Of a stretch of DNA of 61,473 nt, positions 1-8,404 are shown in pieces. This DNA comes from Solirubrobacteraceae bacterium. GTDB taxonomy: Bacteria > Actinomycetota > Thermoleophilia > Solirubrobacterales > Solirubrobacteraceae. The notes under the pieces are model-generated. The model saw only the letters and a list, made by a program, of their open reading frames with translations. It did no database searches and was not told the DNA's origin. The stretch spans positions 1 to 61,473 of the forward strand of contig JBEVIG010000158.1 of NCBI GenBank assembly GCA_040510855.1. The letters run 5' to 3'. Both the position numbers and the translations under genes were made by a program. Within the stretch, counting starts at the first letter, position 1; every line of letters starts with the position of its first letter.

Positions 1-53
1 GGGCTACCGGCAGTGACTCCCAGGCACGCCTCGCCAGGTCTAGGCTGGCGTTC

Positions 54-941
54 GTGGAGACCAAGGCCGAGATCCGGGAGTTCCTGACCTCCCGCCGCGC
101 CCGGATCACGCCCGAGCAGGCCGGGCTGCCGACCTACGGCGCTCGTCGCGTCCCCGGCCTGCGCCGCGAGGAGGTCGCCGTCCTCGCCGGCGTGAGCATC
201 CAGTACTACACGCGGCTGGAACGCGGCGACATGAGCGGCGCCTCCCAGAGCGTGCTCGAGGCACTGGCCCGGGCGCTGCAGCTCGACGACGCCGAGCGCG
301 CACACCTCTTCGACCTCGCCCGTGCCGCCCAGCCCGCAGGAGCCCGCCCGCGCCGGCGCCAGGCCAAGCCACGCATCCGGCCCGAGATCCAGTGGACGCT
401 CGACGCGATCACCGGCGCCGCCGCCTACGTCGGCAACGACCGCCTCGACATCCTGGCCACCAACGCGCTCGGGCGCGCGCTGTTCTCCGAGCTCTACGCG
501 GCACCTGGCAGGCCGGCGAACCACGCGCGGTTCGTGTTCCTCGACCCGCGTGCCGAGGCCTTCTACGCCGACTGGGATCGCGCCGCCCGCGACACCGCCG
601 CGATCCTGCGCGCGGCCGCCGGCCGGGACCCGTACGACCGCGGCCTCTCAGATCTCGTCGGCGAGCTCGCCACGCAGAGCGAGGCGTTCCGAACCCACTG
701 GGCCGCACACGACGTGCGGTTCCACGCCACCGCCGTCAAGCACTTCCAGCACCCGGTCGTCGGCGAGCTCAGCCTGAGCTTCAACCGCCTGGGCATCGCC
801 GCCGACCACGGGCTCACGCTCTTCACCTACGCCGCCGAACCCGGCTCACGGTCCGAGGAAGCGCTCAACCTGCTGGGAAGCTGGGCAGCCACGGGCGAGC
901 TCACCGCGCCGGCCCGGACGACCGACCAGCGCCAAGCCTGA
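54..941 (+). CDS. XRE-family HTH transcriptional regulator with MmyB-like C-terminal domain
   Basis: 295-aa ORF with a GTG start. N-terminal HTH LRREEVAVLAGVSIQYYTRLERG and a long C-terminal ligand-type domain, as in MmyB-like regulators. Confidence 0.8.
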   Translation: METKAEIREFLTSRRARITPEQAGLPTYGARRVPGLRREEVAVLAGVSIQYYTRLERGDMSGASQSVLEALARALQLDDAERAHLFDLARAAQPAGARPRRRQAKPRIRPEIQWTLDAITGAAAYVGNDRLDILATNALGRALFSELYAAPGRPANHARFVFLDPRAEAFYADWDRAARDTAAILRAAAGRDPYDRGLSDLVGELATQSEAFRTHWAAHDVRFHATAVKHFQHPVVGELSLSFNRLGIAADHGLTLFTYAAEPGSRSEEALNLLGSWAATGELTAPARTTDQRQA

Positions 942-985
942 GCGAGAACACGGAGCAGTCCGAAGCCGTCCAATCCGGCGCTTCT

Positions 986-1105
986 CCTTTCCATGCTGGG
1001 CAGCAGTCGGTGAGCGGTCGAGCTATCGCTGACGCCTGGCGCCGGCACTGAGCCGACGGGCGCGCCCGCTATCGCATGTGCCTCGAAGGAGCAGCGGTCA
1101 CCGCG
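986..1105 (+). repeat. Intergenic repeat, copy 1 (box A 986-1010, box B 1066-1105)
   Basis: Box A is CCTTTCCATGCTGGGCAGCAGTCGG. Box B is CCGCTATCGCATGTGCCTCGAAGGAGCAGCGGTCACCGCG. Both recur at 1971-2045. Confidence 0.6.
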
Positions 1106-1228
1106 TGCGCCTGGCCGGCGGATCGGACGCCGGGGGAGTTGCGGTTGCCCGGTGATGGTGAGTCAGGTGATCGGTTCGCGTTATGGGTCGGGTTGTGGGA
1201 GGGTTGGCTCCTACCCAGGAGTGACGCC

Positions 1229-1915
1229 ATGCCGCAGCTCCGTCGTGCCTCTTCGTCAGCCGTCGTCGCGCGGCTGGTGACCGCGGTTGGGCTCCTGGCG
1301 GCGGTCGCGGTGCTCCCCATGCTCGTGGCGCCGAGTGCGGTGGCCTGGGAGTTGCTGCCTTTGAAGGACAGGCTGGCTTTGGAGGCCACGGAGATCAGCT
1401 CCGCGAAGGTCTGCGGGGCGAGCGAGTGTAGGGAGGTCTCCGATCCGGAGGCGGCGTCGGCGCTCGCGGTCGGCCCCCGCCCCCGGGGTACGGACGCCCC
1501 CGTGCGCGGGCTGCCCTGGTACAAGAGCACGCTCACGATCCCCGCCGAGAAGCGCGGCGACGTCCGCGTCTCCGTCAAGGTGGTGCCCTCCGCCGGGCTG
1601 ATGCGCGTGGGGGACGGGGACGTGCTCTTGGTGACCATGCCCAGCGAGAGCAAAGAGGCCTACGCGAAGCTCACAGCCGGGCTTACGCCCCGCCCGGCGA
1701 GCACGCTTCTGAGGGTGGGCGACGGCGTCGCCCGCGTCGACGAGGTCTACTGCCCCGCCTGCGCGGCCACCCCGGCGCAGGCGAGCGACGGCTCGAACGT
1801 CTGGATCGTCGCGCTGGGCGGCGGCGTGCTAGCGGCGCTCATAGCGGGGTTGCTGCTCACGATCCGCCACCGCCGCGCGTCGACGGCGCCAGCGGCGCCC
1901 GCGGCATCGGGGTAG
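1229..1915 (+). CDS. Hypothetical secreted protein with C-terminal membrane anchor
   Basis: ATG 1229 follows AGGAG at 1217-1221. Signal-like N-terminus MPQLRRASSSAVVARLVTAVGLLAAVAVLPMLVAPSAVA and a C-terminal TM helix VWIVALGGGVLAALIAGLLLTI. Third codon positions are GC-rich. Confidence 0.55.
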   Translation: MPQLRRASSSAVVARLVTAVGLLAAVAVLPMLVAPSAVAWELLPLKDRLALEATEISSAKVCGASECREVSDPEAASALAVGPRPRGTDAPVRGLPWYKSTLTIPAEKRGDVRVSVKVVPSAGLMRVGDGDVLLVTMPSESKEAYAKLTAGLTPRPASTLLRVGDGVARVDEVYCPACAATPAQASDGSNVWIVALGGGVLAALIAGLLLTIRHRRASTAPAAPAASG

Positions 1916-1970
1916 GAACGGTCCGGTCCGGTCCAGACGTCCGGCGAGGGCCAGGACACGCGCTGCTCTT

Positions 1971-2045
1971 GCTTTCCCTGGGAGCAGCAGTCGGCCGGTG
2001 CCGCCGGCCGCTATTGCTAGTGCCTCGGTGCAGCAGCGCACGCGG
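1971..2045 (+). repeat. Intergenic repeat, copy 2 (box A 1971-1994, box B 2008-2045)
   Basis: GCTTTCCCTGGGAGCAGCAGTCGG followed by CCGCTATTGCTAGTGCCTCGGTGCAGCAGCGCACGCGG. Shares GCAGCAGTCGG and GCTAT(C/T)GC..GTGCCTCG..GCAGCAGCG with copy 1. Confidence 0.6.
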
Positions 2046-2058
2046 TACCGTCCGGACC

Positions 2059-2253
2059 GTGACTGACGACGAGTTCGCAGAGGCGGTCAGGACCTCCGTA
2101 GCGATGCAGTTGAGGCAGAACAGGCGTCACTACATGGGGCTGATCGACGGATCGGTCCGACGGGAAGGAGCGCCGTACTCACCGACGAGCGCACTCGCGC
2201 ACGAGTGCGAGCGGTTCCTGTCCGCGCCGGTCTCATTGGACGGGAGCGGCTGA
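2059..2253 (+). CDS. Possible small hypothetical protein (64 aa)
   Basis: In-frame GTG just after repeat copy 2. No recognisable domain. Several codons rare for this genome (AGG, TTG, GTA, GAA), so coding status is doubtful. Confidence 0.25.
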   Translation: MTDDEFAEAVRTSVAMQLRQNRRHYMGLIDGSVRREGAPYSPTSALAHECERFLSAPVSLDGSG

Positions 2254-2288
2254 GTGCCGTCTCACAGATCCGCTCCGACGTTCAAGTT

Positions 2289-2320
2289 GGGCGGATCGTG
2301 AGTGGCGGTGCGGTCCGCCC
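2289..2320. terminator. Candidate hairpin between convergent genes
   Basis: GGGCGGA (2289-2295) pairs with TCCGCCC (2314-2320). No U-tract. Confidence 0.25.
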
Positions 2321-2386
2321 ACCGACCCCGTGAGCCGCATCCGACTACCGGTTGTCGTCCGCGGCGATTGTGCGAGGCGGCCGTTT

Positions 2387-3193
2387 TCATCGTGGTCGGG
2401 GCTCGGCATACAGGAAGTCGTCCATGACGACCAGGTCGTACTTCTTGCGCTCCAGGTTCTTGATCGACAGCGGCGCGTTGCCGGTCGTGATGCGGACCTC
2501 CCAGATGTCGGCGTTGGTCTTCACGCCCACGAACGACAGGCCACGGCTGGCCTTCGGCGCGTACGCGACGTAGATCACCTTGCCGTGGCGGTTCAGCAGT
2601 TCGAGCTTCGTGAGGTTGGCCCGGTCGACGTCGGCGAAGACCGCGCCGAAGCCCTTGACGGTGGCCGGCCTGTTCGTGCCGGGCACGAAGAACCGGACGC
2701 CCATCACGTTGGTGGCGATCGGCGCGAACAGCTTCTCCGGGCTGAACGTCGCGAAGATGTCGTCGTACTGCCCGTTGATGTTCGCGAACCGGACGCCCGT
2801 GTTGGTCGGGTTGTCGGCGTCAGCGCTCACCTGGAACTTGTTGTTCTTCGACCCGAACACCGCACCGCGCGGGACAGTGGTATTGAAGAAGTCCGGCGGC
2901 AACAGATTCGGGGCCGACTGCGCGTCCGGCGTCCCGTCCCAGTTGATTTCCCGACGGCCGGCGGCGGCCGGCGGGTTGCTGGCGTTGTTGGGCTCTCCGA
3001 GCAGACCGCGGAACGCGGTCACGGTGGGCGTGAGCCCGGCCGCGCCGCCGGCCGCGCCCTCGATCTTGGTGAATGCGAACGTCGACGGGGCGGCGGACGC
3101 GGGCGAGCCGAGCGACAGCAAGATCGCCGAGACGGCGGCCGCCAGCACGGGCGCAGTGACCGCGGGACGCCGCATCTTCCGGTACCAGGACAT
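2387..3193 (-). CDS. Secreted hypothetical protein
   Basis: 268-aa ORF. Clear signal peptide MRRPAVTAPVLAAAVSAILLSLGSPASAAPS and an ordinary globular composition after it. AAAGG lies upstream of the ATG. Confidence 0.7.
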   Translation of the reverse strand: MSWYRKMRRPAVTAPVLAAAVSAILLSLGSPASAAPSTFAFTKIEGAAGGAAGLTPTVTAFRGLLGEPNNASNPPAAAGRREINWDGTPDAQSAPNLLPPDFFNTTVPRGAVFGSKNNKFQVSADADNPTNTGVRFANINGQYDDIFATFSPEKLFAPIATNVMGVRFFVPGTNRPATVKGFGAVFADVDRANLTKLELLNRHGKVIYVAYAPKASRGLSFVGVKTNADIWEVRITTGNAPLSIKNLERKKYDLVVMDDFLYAEPRPR

Positions 3194-3651
3194 GGTGAGC
3201 CTTTCTGTTCAAGGGTTTCAAGAGAAATGGAGCGACGCGATCGCTCCATGTCCCTTTCGTGGTGTGCCGGTCGACGGGTATGACCCGGTGACGGCGGAAC
3301 GGGTTGGCCACTTGCACGACGTCCGGGACGCGGTCACGCATCGCTCAGGACCACGCGCAACCGCTCGCATTCCCGGGCAAGGACGATCAGCACGCGGGGC
3401 GCGTGCCGAACGGCGGTTGGGTGCCGGGCGGTCGCCGAGCTCGCGTCATGGCTGCTGGACCGATCCGGCGCGCTCGGCGAGCGAGACCAGTGCGAGCAAC
3501 GGCCCCGCACCCTCTCACAAGGTCACGGTCGCAAGCCACGCCGCCGCTCCCCAGCAGACTCGGCGCCGGCACCGCTCACCGCGGGCAGGACAGCCGCTCG
3601 GTATCTCTTCGCCTGGCATCACGACTGAGCTGTGCGCGAACGCGGACTACT

Positions 3652-3680
3652 GCTTTCCATGCAACTGGGAAGCCCGGCGG
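3652..3680 (+). repeat. Intergenic repeat, partial copy 3 (box A only)
   Basis: GCTTTCCATGCAACTGGGAAGCCCGGCGG resembles box A of copies 1 and 2 (CTTTCC(A/C)TG..GGG.AGC). Confidence 0.4.
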
Positions 3681-3820
3681 CGGCGCCGGCGCGCTGCTAC
3701 TTCCACCTGGAAGCGATATCGCTCGACGGGATCGACTGGGGATCGAACTGAGCGGAACGGTGCGCAACTCAGTGACGCCGGTGTCGCTCTACCGCGCCGA
3801 ACAGAGGCACACCGAACCGG

Positions 3821-3882
3821 GCTAGGCAGCCGGGCGGCGTGAACCCTGAGGTCTAGTGGAAGGGTTGGCGCCGCCCGGCCTA
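3821..3882. other. Extended nested hairpin
   Basis: CTAGGCAGCCGGGCGGCG (3821-3838) pairs with CGCCGCCCGGCCTAG (3868-3882). Inner stem AACCCT (3841-3846) pairs with AGGGTT (3860-3865). Confidence 0.5.
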
Positions 3883-4119
3883 GTCGCTTGTGAGCGTCCG
3901 AGCTGGGGGATCAGCGGGGCACTCGGCTCGAATTCTTCCCTGTCGGCCGCACGACCAACGAGGGCGTGTCCGCGTGCCGACGTGCATGGACAGAAGCGGC
4001 CGGGCGACCCATGCCCTTGTCTGGAGGACAGTGCAGCCGCCCGGCCGGAGGCGTCGCGATCGTCCCGCGCACCGTGGCAGCGAGGCGTGGAACGCATGGT
4101 GGAGAACTTTCCGTTCGCT

Positions 4120-4173
4120 GTCCACGGAATCGGAGTGAAGCTAGACAAATGTCCGTGGAAGAGGTCCACGGAC
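4120..4173. other. Three-segment mutually exclusive hairpin set
   Basis: GTCCACGGA (4120-4128), GTCCGTGGA (4151-4159) and TCCACGGAC (4165-4173). The middle segment can pair with either outer segment. Confidence 0.45.
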
Positions 4174-4664
4174 GTTCGTGCCCGACGGGTCGCCCTGGAG
4201 CAGTCCAACCGCCGCGGAACTCCGTAGCGCCCGCCGCTCTTCAGGCGCGGGACCTAGCCCTGCGGGTACGAGCGCCGACGTCGGCGCCGGGACTTCGTCG
4301 CTTGCCAACCGACCGGATCGCTGCGCGTTTGAACTCGCGTACCGCCCCCCGGAAGGGAGGGGTATCCGCGAAGGGGCCGGGCCTCCGCCGGCCCGGCCCC
4401 GAGTGGAGGCATCGCTACGGTCAAGGAACTGCCATCGGCGCATGATCTGTGCATCGATCGGGGATTCTGACCTTTGGTTCTCTGCCCTGGAGGGGAGGGC
4501 ACCAAGAAGGCGGCCGTCGGGCACGGACGCCCGGCTGGCACGGACGACAGCGGCTGTCGTGCGCGTGGAGGAGCGAGGTTCCCTAGGGGATTGGCCTCGT
4601 TCCTCCGCACAGCGTCGGACCGTCGGCGACCACAGTCACCACCCGCACCCGGGCCGCCCGATCA

Positions 4665-5381
4665 TCACCGCACGTCGAACGCAGCCGACTGCCCCGCGAA
4701 CTGCTCGAGCAGATTCGCGGCTTCGAGCGTCCGGGTGACGGCGTCGCTGGGCAGGACGGCGAATCCGAGGCCTTGCCGCTGGGCGCGGTTGCGGGCGTCG
4801 ATGAGGACGCGGATGCCGGCGGAGTCCATGAACCGGACGGCCCGCAGGTCCAGGATGATCGATCGGCCGCGGGCGGTATGCCGCTCGAGCTCGGCGTCGA
4901 GCTCGGGAGCGATGGCGACGTCGAGCGCAGCCAGCACCTCGACGACGATCCGCCCGCCGCGCTCGAACTGGGTCATCGAGGACGACGCCGACGTTCCGGG
5001 ACCATCGCGCTTCGACCGATCGACCAGCGACATGATCCTCGCCGTCAGCCCGAGCATCATGAGCTCGGAGCAGGCACCGGGGGCGGGCTGCTCGATGATC
5101 ACGAGCCGTCGACGCCGCATGCGCGTTCGCGCGTCCGTCATCTCCACCAGCGCGCGAAGCGTCGCCGTCAACTTCGCGCCGCGAAGATCGAGCAGGATCA
5201 CCGAGGCGCTCTCTTCCGCGTCGCGCAACACGCGATCGACCCGTGCCGCGTCGGTGTCCGCGACGTCTCCGGTGATCCACAGGCGCACGACACCCCTGGC
5301 CACGTCTTGCGCGCGGCATTCGACGGGCGCTGACCTGAGGTCGGATAGGGGCACGAGGACTCCGTTTCGTCGCGGACGCAT
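4665..5381 (-). CDS. Tandem STAS-domain protein (anti-sigma-factor antagonist-like)
   Basis: 238-aa tail of a longer ORF. The C-terminal half has the canonical motif LDLRAVRFMDSAGIRVLI. The N-terminal half is STAS-like but lacks the DSxG serine. ATG 5381; alternative GTG 5354 lies behind GGAG. Confidence 0.7.
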   Translation of the reverse strand: MRPRRNGVLVPLSDLRSAPVECRAQDVARGVVRLWITGDVADTDAARVDRVLRDAEESASVILLDLRGAKLTATLRALVEMTDARTRMRRRRLVIIEQPAPGACSELMMLGLTARIMSLVDRSKRDGPGTSASSSMTQFERGGRIVVEVLAALDVAIAPELDAELERHTARGRSIILDLRAVRFMDSAGIRVLIDARNRAQRQGLGFAVLPSDAVTRTLEAANLLEQFAGQSAAFDVR

Positions 5382-5409
5382 AAAACGAAGATCAGCCGGC
5401 GCTGCCCGA

Positions 5410-6318
5410 TCAGCCCCGCCGTCGATGCCCTTCAGTCGCGAGTGTAGGCACGCGCGCGACGGAGGCGAAGTCCCGCCGCCCCTCACCCTCGGGTGACGCG
5501 CCGCGCTTCCACACGCCGGCGGCCGCGTCGTAGTACGCAAGGCCGCGCTCGGCGAAGGCGAGCAGCCAGCCGGACATGGGCCACCACCCCCAGCGGGCGT
5601 GGAAGACACGGGCGTTGCGCAGGATGTCGTCCAGGTGCTGGACGGGCGGTGACGCGACGGGATGATGCTGGTGGAACGCCAACGCGCCGCCGACCCAGCA
5701 CAGGTCGGCTCCGGCGCACCGCGCGCGCTGGCCGAAGTCGGTGTCCTCGGCGCCATAGCCCACGTAGTCCTCGCTGAAGCCGCCGATGCGGTGCCAGGTC
5801 GCGCTCGTGACGGCGAACGAGAGCGACCAGAACAGCGTGTGGTCGCCGCCTGGCTCGAGCACGCCGTCCGGCGGTGAGGGGCGGGCGGGATGCGGGCGGG
5901 CGAGCGCGTGCAGGCCGGACGCCGGGTAGCCCCCGCGCGGCGGCGCGGGAAGGTAGGCGACGGGTCCGCAGAGCAGCGCGGGACCGGTTCGTGCGGCCGC
6001 GGAGCGGTAGCGCTCGAGGAGGCCGCCGACCGGCAGGCAGTCCACATCGAGGAACACGAGCAACTCGGCGCCGGCTGCGAGGGCGTACTCCGCGCCGGCG
6101 TTGCGCGCCCGCGCGAGCGGCAGCGCGGTCCCTGCGTGCTCCAGCGGGATCACCGCGGCCGTCTCCCCGCAGTGGGCGCGGCAGCGCGACGCCTCGCCGT
6201 CACCCATGGCGACGACCACGTGACGCGCCGCGCCCATGTCCTCGCGCCGCAGCGCCGCGTGTTGCGCTCGGAGGTGCGCATGCCGCCCGGAGACGGGCGT
6301 GATCACCGCGGTGCGCAT
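5410..6318 (-). CDS. Family-2 glycosyltransferase
   Basis: VITPVSGR, LVFLDVDCLP and GYGAEDTDFGQR motifs. ATG 6318 overlaps the upstream stop by 16 nt. Confidence 0.8.
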   Translation of the reverse strand: MRTAVITPVSGRHAHLRAQHAALRREDMGAARHVVVAMGDGEASRCRAHCGETAAVIPLEHAGTALPLARARNAGAEYALAAGAELLVFLDVDCLPVGGLLERYRSAAARTGPALLCGPVAYLPAPPRGGYPASGLHALARPHPARPSPPDGVLEPGGDHTLFWSLSFAVTSATWHRIGGFSEDYVGYGAEDTDFGQRARCAGADLCWVGGALAFHQHHPVASPPVQHLDDILRNARVFHARWGWWPMSGWLLAFAERGLAYYDAAAGVWKRGASPEGEGRRDFASVARVPTLATEGHRRRG

Positions 6319-7328
6319 GCGTGGCTCGCGGCGGTGGACAGCAGATCGAGCACGGACGCCGCGCGTGCGGCGCCGGCCCCGTCGTTCCAGCGCGCCCAGC
6401 GCCCGCCGTCCCGGCCTGCCGCGCGGGCGAGGAGGTCCGGCCATGCGCCGGCCGCGGGCCAGGTGTCCCGGACGATCGCCAGATCGCTCTCTCGGAGCGC
6501 TGCCGCCATGGCGCGCTGCTCCGCGTGCGGCCGCGCCTGTGGGATGACCACGGCCGGGCGGCGAGCCGCGGCGAGGTCGGCGATCGCGTTCTGCCCGGCG
6601 TGCGTGATCACGACGTCCGCGTCGAGCAGGCGCGGCCACGGATCCGCCACCCAGCGATCGCCGGGCGGGCCGAGGGCGGTCCACGCCCAGTCCGGCGTGG
6701 CCCGTTCGGCGGCGGCGAGTGCCTCGGCGGTGAGGCCGGTACCGCCGCGGCCCGACAGGACCAGCACCCGGCGGCGTCCGTCGAGCGGCGGGAGCGCGGC
6801 GCCCGGCGAGCGGCCGTCGAAGCGCGAGATCGCGCCGACGGCGTGCGTCTTCGCGCGCCAAGCGGCGCCGCCGGCGAGCGGGTCGGCCCACCCGGGCCAG
6901 GGGGCGACGATCGCGTCGGCGACGCGATACGCGAGCTGGTGCGCCGCGTCGCGGCGGTCACCGGGCATGCCCATGACGACGACCGGCACGCCCATCGCGC
7001 GGACGGCGACGCTCACTTCCACGGAGACGTCGACGACGACCAGCGCCGGCGCAGCGTCGCGCACCCAGGCGGCGATCTGCCCCATGCGCTCGCGGAGCCC
7101 CGGGTGGTGGAGCGGTGCCCAGTGCAGCGCGCCGCCCGCGGCCGGTTCGGCGGCCTCGCCGGCGGCCTCGTCGTCGTCGCGGGCGAGCTCGATCCACCCG
7201 CCCTCCCATCCATCGGGCCGCGGGAGCGAGCTCAGGCCGGTGACCTGGCCGGCGCCGAAACGGGCGGCGATGCTCGCCGCACGCGTGACGTGACCGTCGC
7301 CGCGATGGTGGACGTAGTAGCCGATCAC
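6303..7328 (-). CDS. MurG-like (GT28 C-terminal domain type) glycosyltransferase
   Basis: VVITHAGQNAIADLAAARRPAVVIPQ motif. GTG 7328 forms a GTGA overlap with the upstream stop at 7325-7327. Confidence 0.7.
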   Translation of the reverse strand: MIGYYVHHRGDGHVTRAASIAARFGAGQVTGLSSLPRPDGWEGGWIELARDDDEAAGEAAEPAAGGALHWAPLHHPGLRERMGQIAAWVRDAAPALVVVDVSVEVSVAVRAMGVPVVVMGMPGDRRDAAHQLAYRVADAIVAPWPGWADPLAGGAAWRAKTHAVGAISRFDGRSPGAALPPLDGRRRVLVLSGRGGTGLTAEALAAAERATPDWAWTALGPPGDRWVADPWPRLLDADVVITHAGQNAIADLAAARRPAVVIPQARPHAEQRAMAAALRESDLAIVRDTWPAAGAWPDLLARAAGRDGGRWARWNDGAGAARAASVLDLLSTAASHACAPR

Positions 7329-8404
7329 GACACGAGCGCGCCCGAGAGCGACCCGTAGAGGTCCGCGTACCGGTCGACCATGCGCTCGAGCGAGCACGTC
7401 CGCACCGCGTGCCGGCGCGCTGCGTCACGGGAGAGCGACGGCGCGGCGGCGACGGCCGCGGCGAGCCCGGCGATATCTCCCGGCTCCACCAGGATCCCGC
7501 ACTCCTCGGGCAGCAGCTCCGGCAGCGCGCCGCGCGCGAAGGCGCAGACGGGAGTGCCGCATGCGAGCGCCTCGGCCACGACGAGGCCGTACGGCTCGTC
7601 CCAGCACGGGGTCACGAGCGCGGCGGACGCGTCGCCCACCACTCGGTCGAGCTCCGCGTGCGACAGGTGGCCGACGTAGTCGATGCCGGCGCCGAGCCGG
7701 GGCCGGACCTCCGCCTCGAAGTAGGCCGGATCCGAGATGGGGCCGGCGATGCGGAGCGGACGGCGCGCAAGCACGGCGGCCTCGATGGCCAGGTGCGTCC
7801 CCTTCTCCGGTGCGATCCGGCCCGACCAGACGAGCGGGCCGCCGCCGGGCCCGGGCCGCCGGCGCGCGACGTCGACGCCGTTGTGGATCACGCGCGCGTC
7901 CGGCGCGAGATGCGACCACGACTGCGCCGTGTGCTCGCTCACCGCGACGAACGTGACCGGGCAGTCGTCGCCGGCCTGGATCGCCGACTCGAGCCAGGGC
8001 GTCGGCGGCGTGTGCAGCGTGGTGACGATCGGCGTCCGCAGCGTCGCTGCCATGGCGATCGGCAGGTGGTGCAGGCTGTGGTTGTGGATGACGTCGAAGT
8101 CCCCGGCCCGGGGACCCGCGAGCGCGATCATCAGCTGCAGGTAGCCGTGGTGCTCGTCGAGCCAGTCCGGCGCGGTCATGCTCACGTCGGCCAGTGCCGC
8201 CGGACTGAGCCGGGGGCGCCGGAGCTCGAGCAGCTCCACGTCGAGCCGCGGGTCCGAGCCCGGCCCGGCGAACAGGGTCACGGCGTGGCCGCGCCGGCGC
8301 AGGCCGTCGGCGAGCGCCCACACGTGCGCCTCGAGACCGCCGGCGAACGGCTCGGCGACCGGGAAGCGTGCCGCCGCGACGAGTGCGATGCGCAGCGCGC
8401 TCAC
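7325..8404 (-). CDS. GT4 (group 1) glycosyltransferase
   Basis: GRIAPEKG and EPYGLVVAEALACGTPV motifs. GTG 8404 forms a GTGA overlap with the upstream stop at 8401-8403. Confidence 0.8.
   Translation of the reverse strand: MSALRIALVAAARFPVAEPFAGGLEAHVWALADGLRRRGHAVTLFAGPGSDPRLDVELLELRRPRLSPAALADVSMTAPDWLDEHHGYLQLMIALAGPRAGDFDVIHNHSLHHLPIAMAATLRTPIVTTLHTPPTPWLESAIQAGDDCPVTFVAVSEHTAQSWSHLAPDARVIHNGVDVARRRPGPGGGPLVWSGRIAPEKGTHLAIEAAVLARRPLRIAGPISDPAYFEAEVRPRLGAGIDYVGHLSHAELDRVVGDASAALVTPCWDEPYGLVVAEALACGTPVCAFARGALPELLPEECGILVEPGDIAGLAAAVAAAPSLSRDAARRHAVRTCSLERMVDRYADLYGSLSGALVS

Larger units (their letters stand above)
3194..4664. other. Gene-free, lower-GC, hairpin-rich gap (candidate ncRNA or decayed DNA)
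   Basis: No ORF here has protein-like composition. My spot GC counts on 60-nt lines give about 58-65%, against about 75% in flanking coding lines. Several long stems are present (see findings). Confidence 0.4.

Noticed and set aside
1076-1228. Upstream ATG (1076) extending the 1229-1915 ORF by 51 codons.
   Set aside because: The extension overlaps repeat box B, whose second copy has a stop at the equivalent position. ATG 1229 has an AGGAG RBS and is followed at once by a signal-peptide-like sequence.
3664-3700. GGGAAGCCCGGCGG resembles the start of a cobalamin riboswitch core.
   Set aside because: No B12 box (AGCCAGGAGACCTGCC-like) or other conserved cobalamin-riboswitch segments follow, and there is no downstream cobalamin-related gene.
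3735-3800. tRNA-like fragment on the minus strand (GCGCGGTAGAGCG and GTTCGATCCCC resemble D-loop and T-loop sequences), possibly an integration-site scar.
   Set aside because: I could not fold it into a cloverleaf. There is no 7-bp acceptor stem, the putative anticodon arm does not pair and the T-stem is not complementary. No integrase or direct repeat partner is visible. tRNAscan-SE or ARAGORN could confirm its absence.
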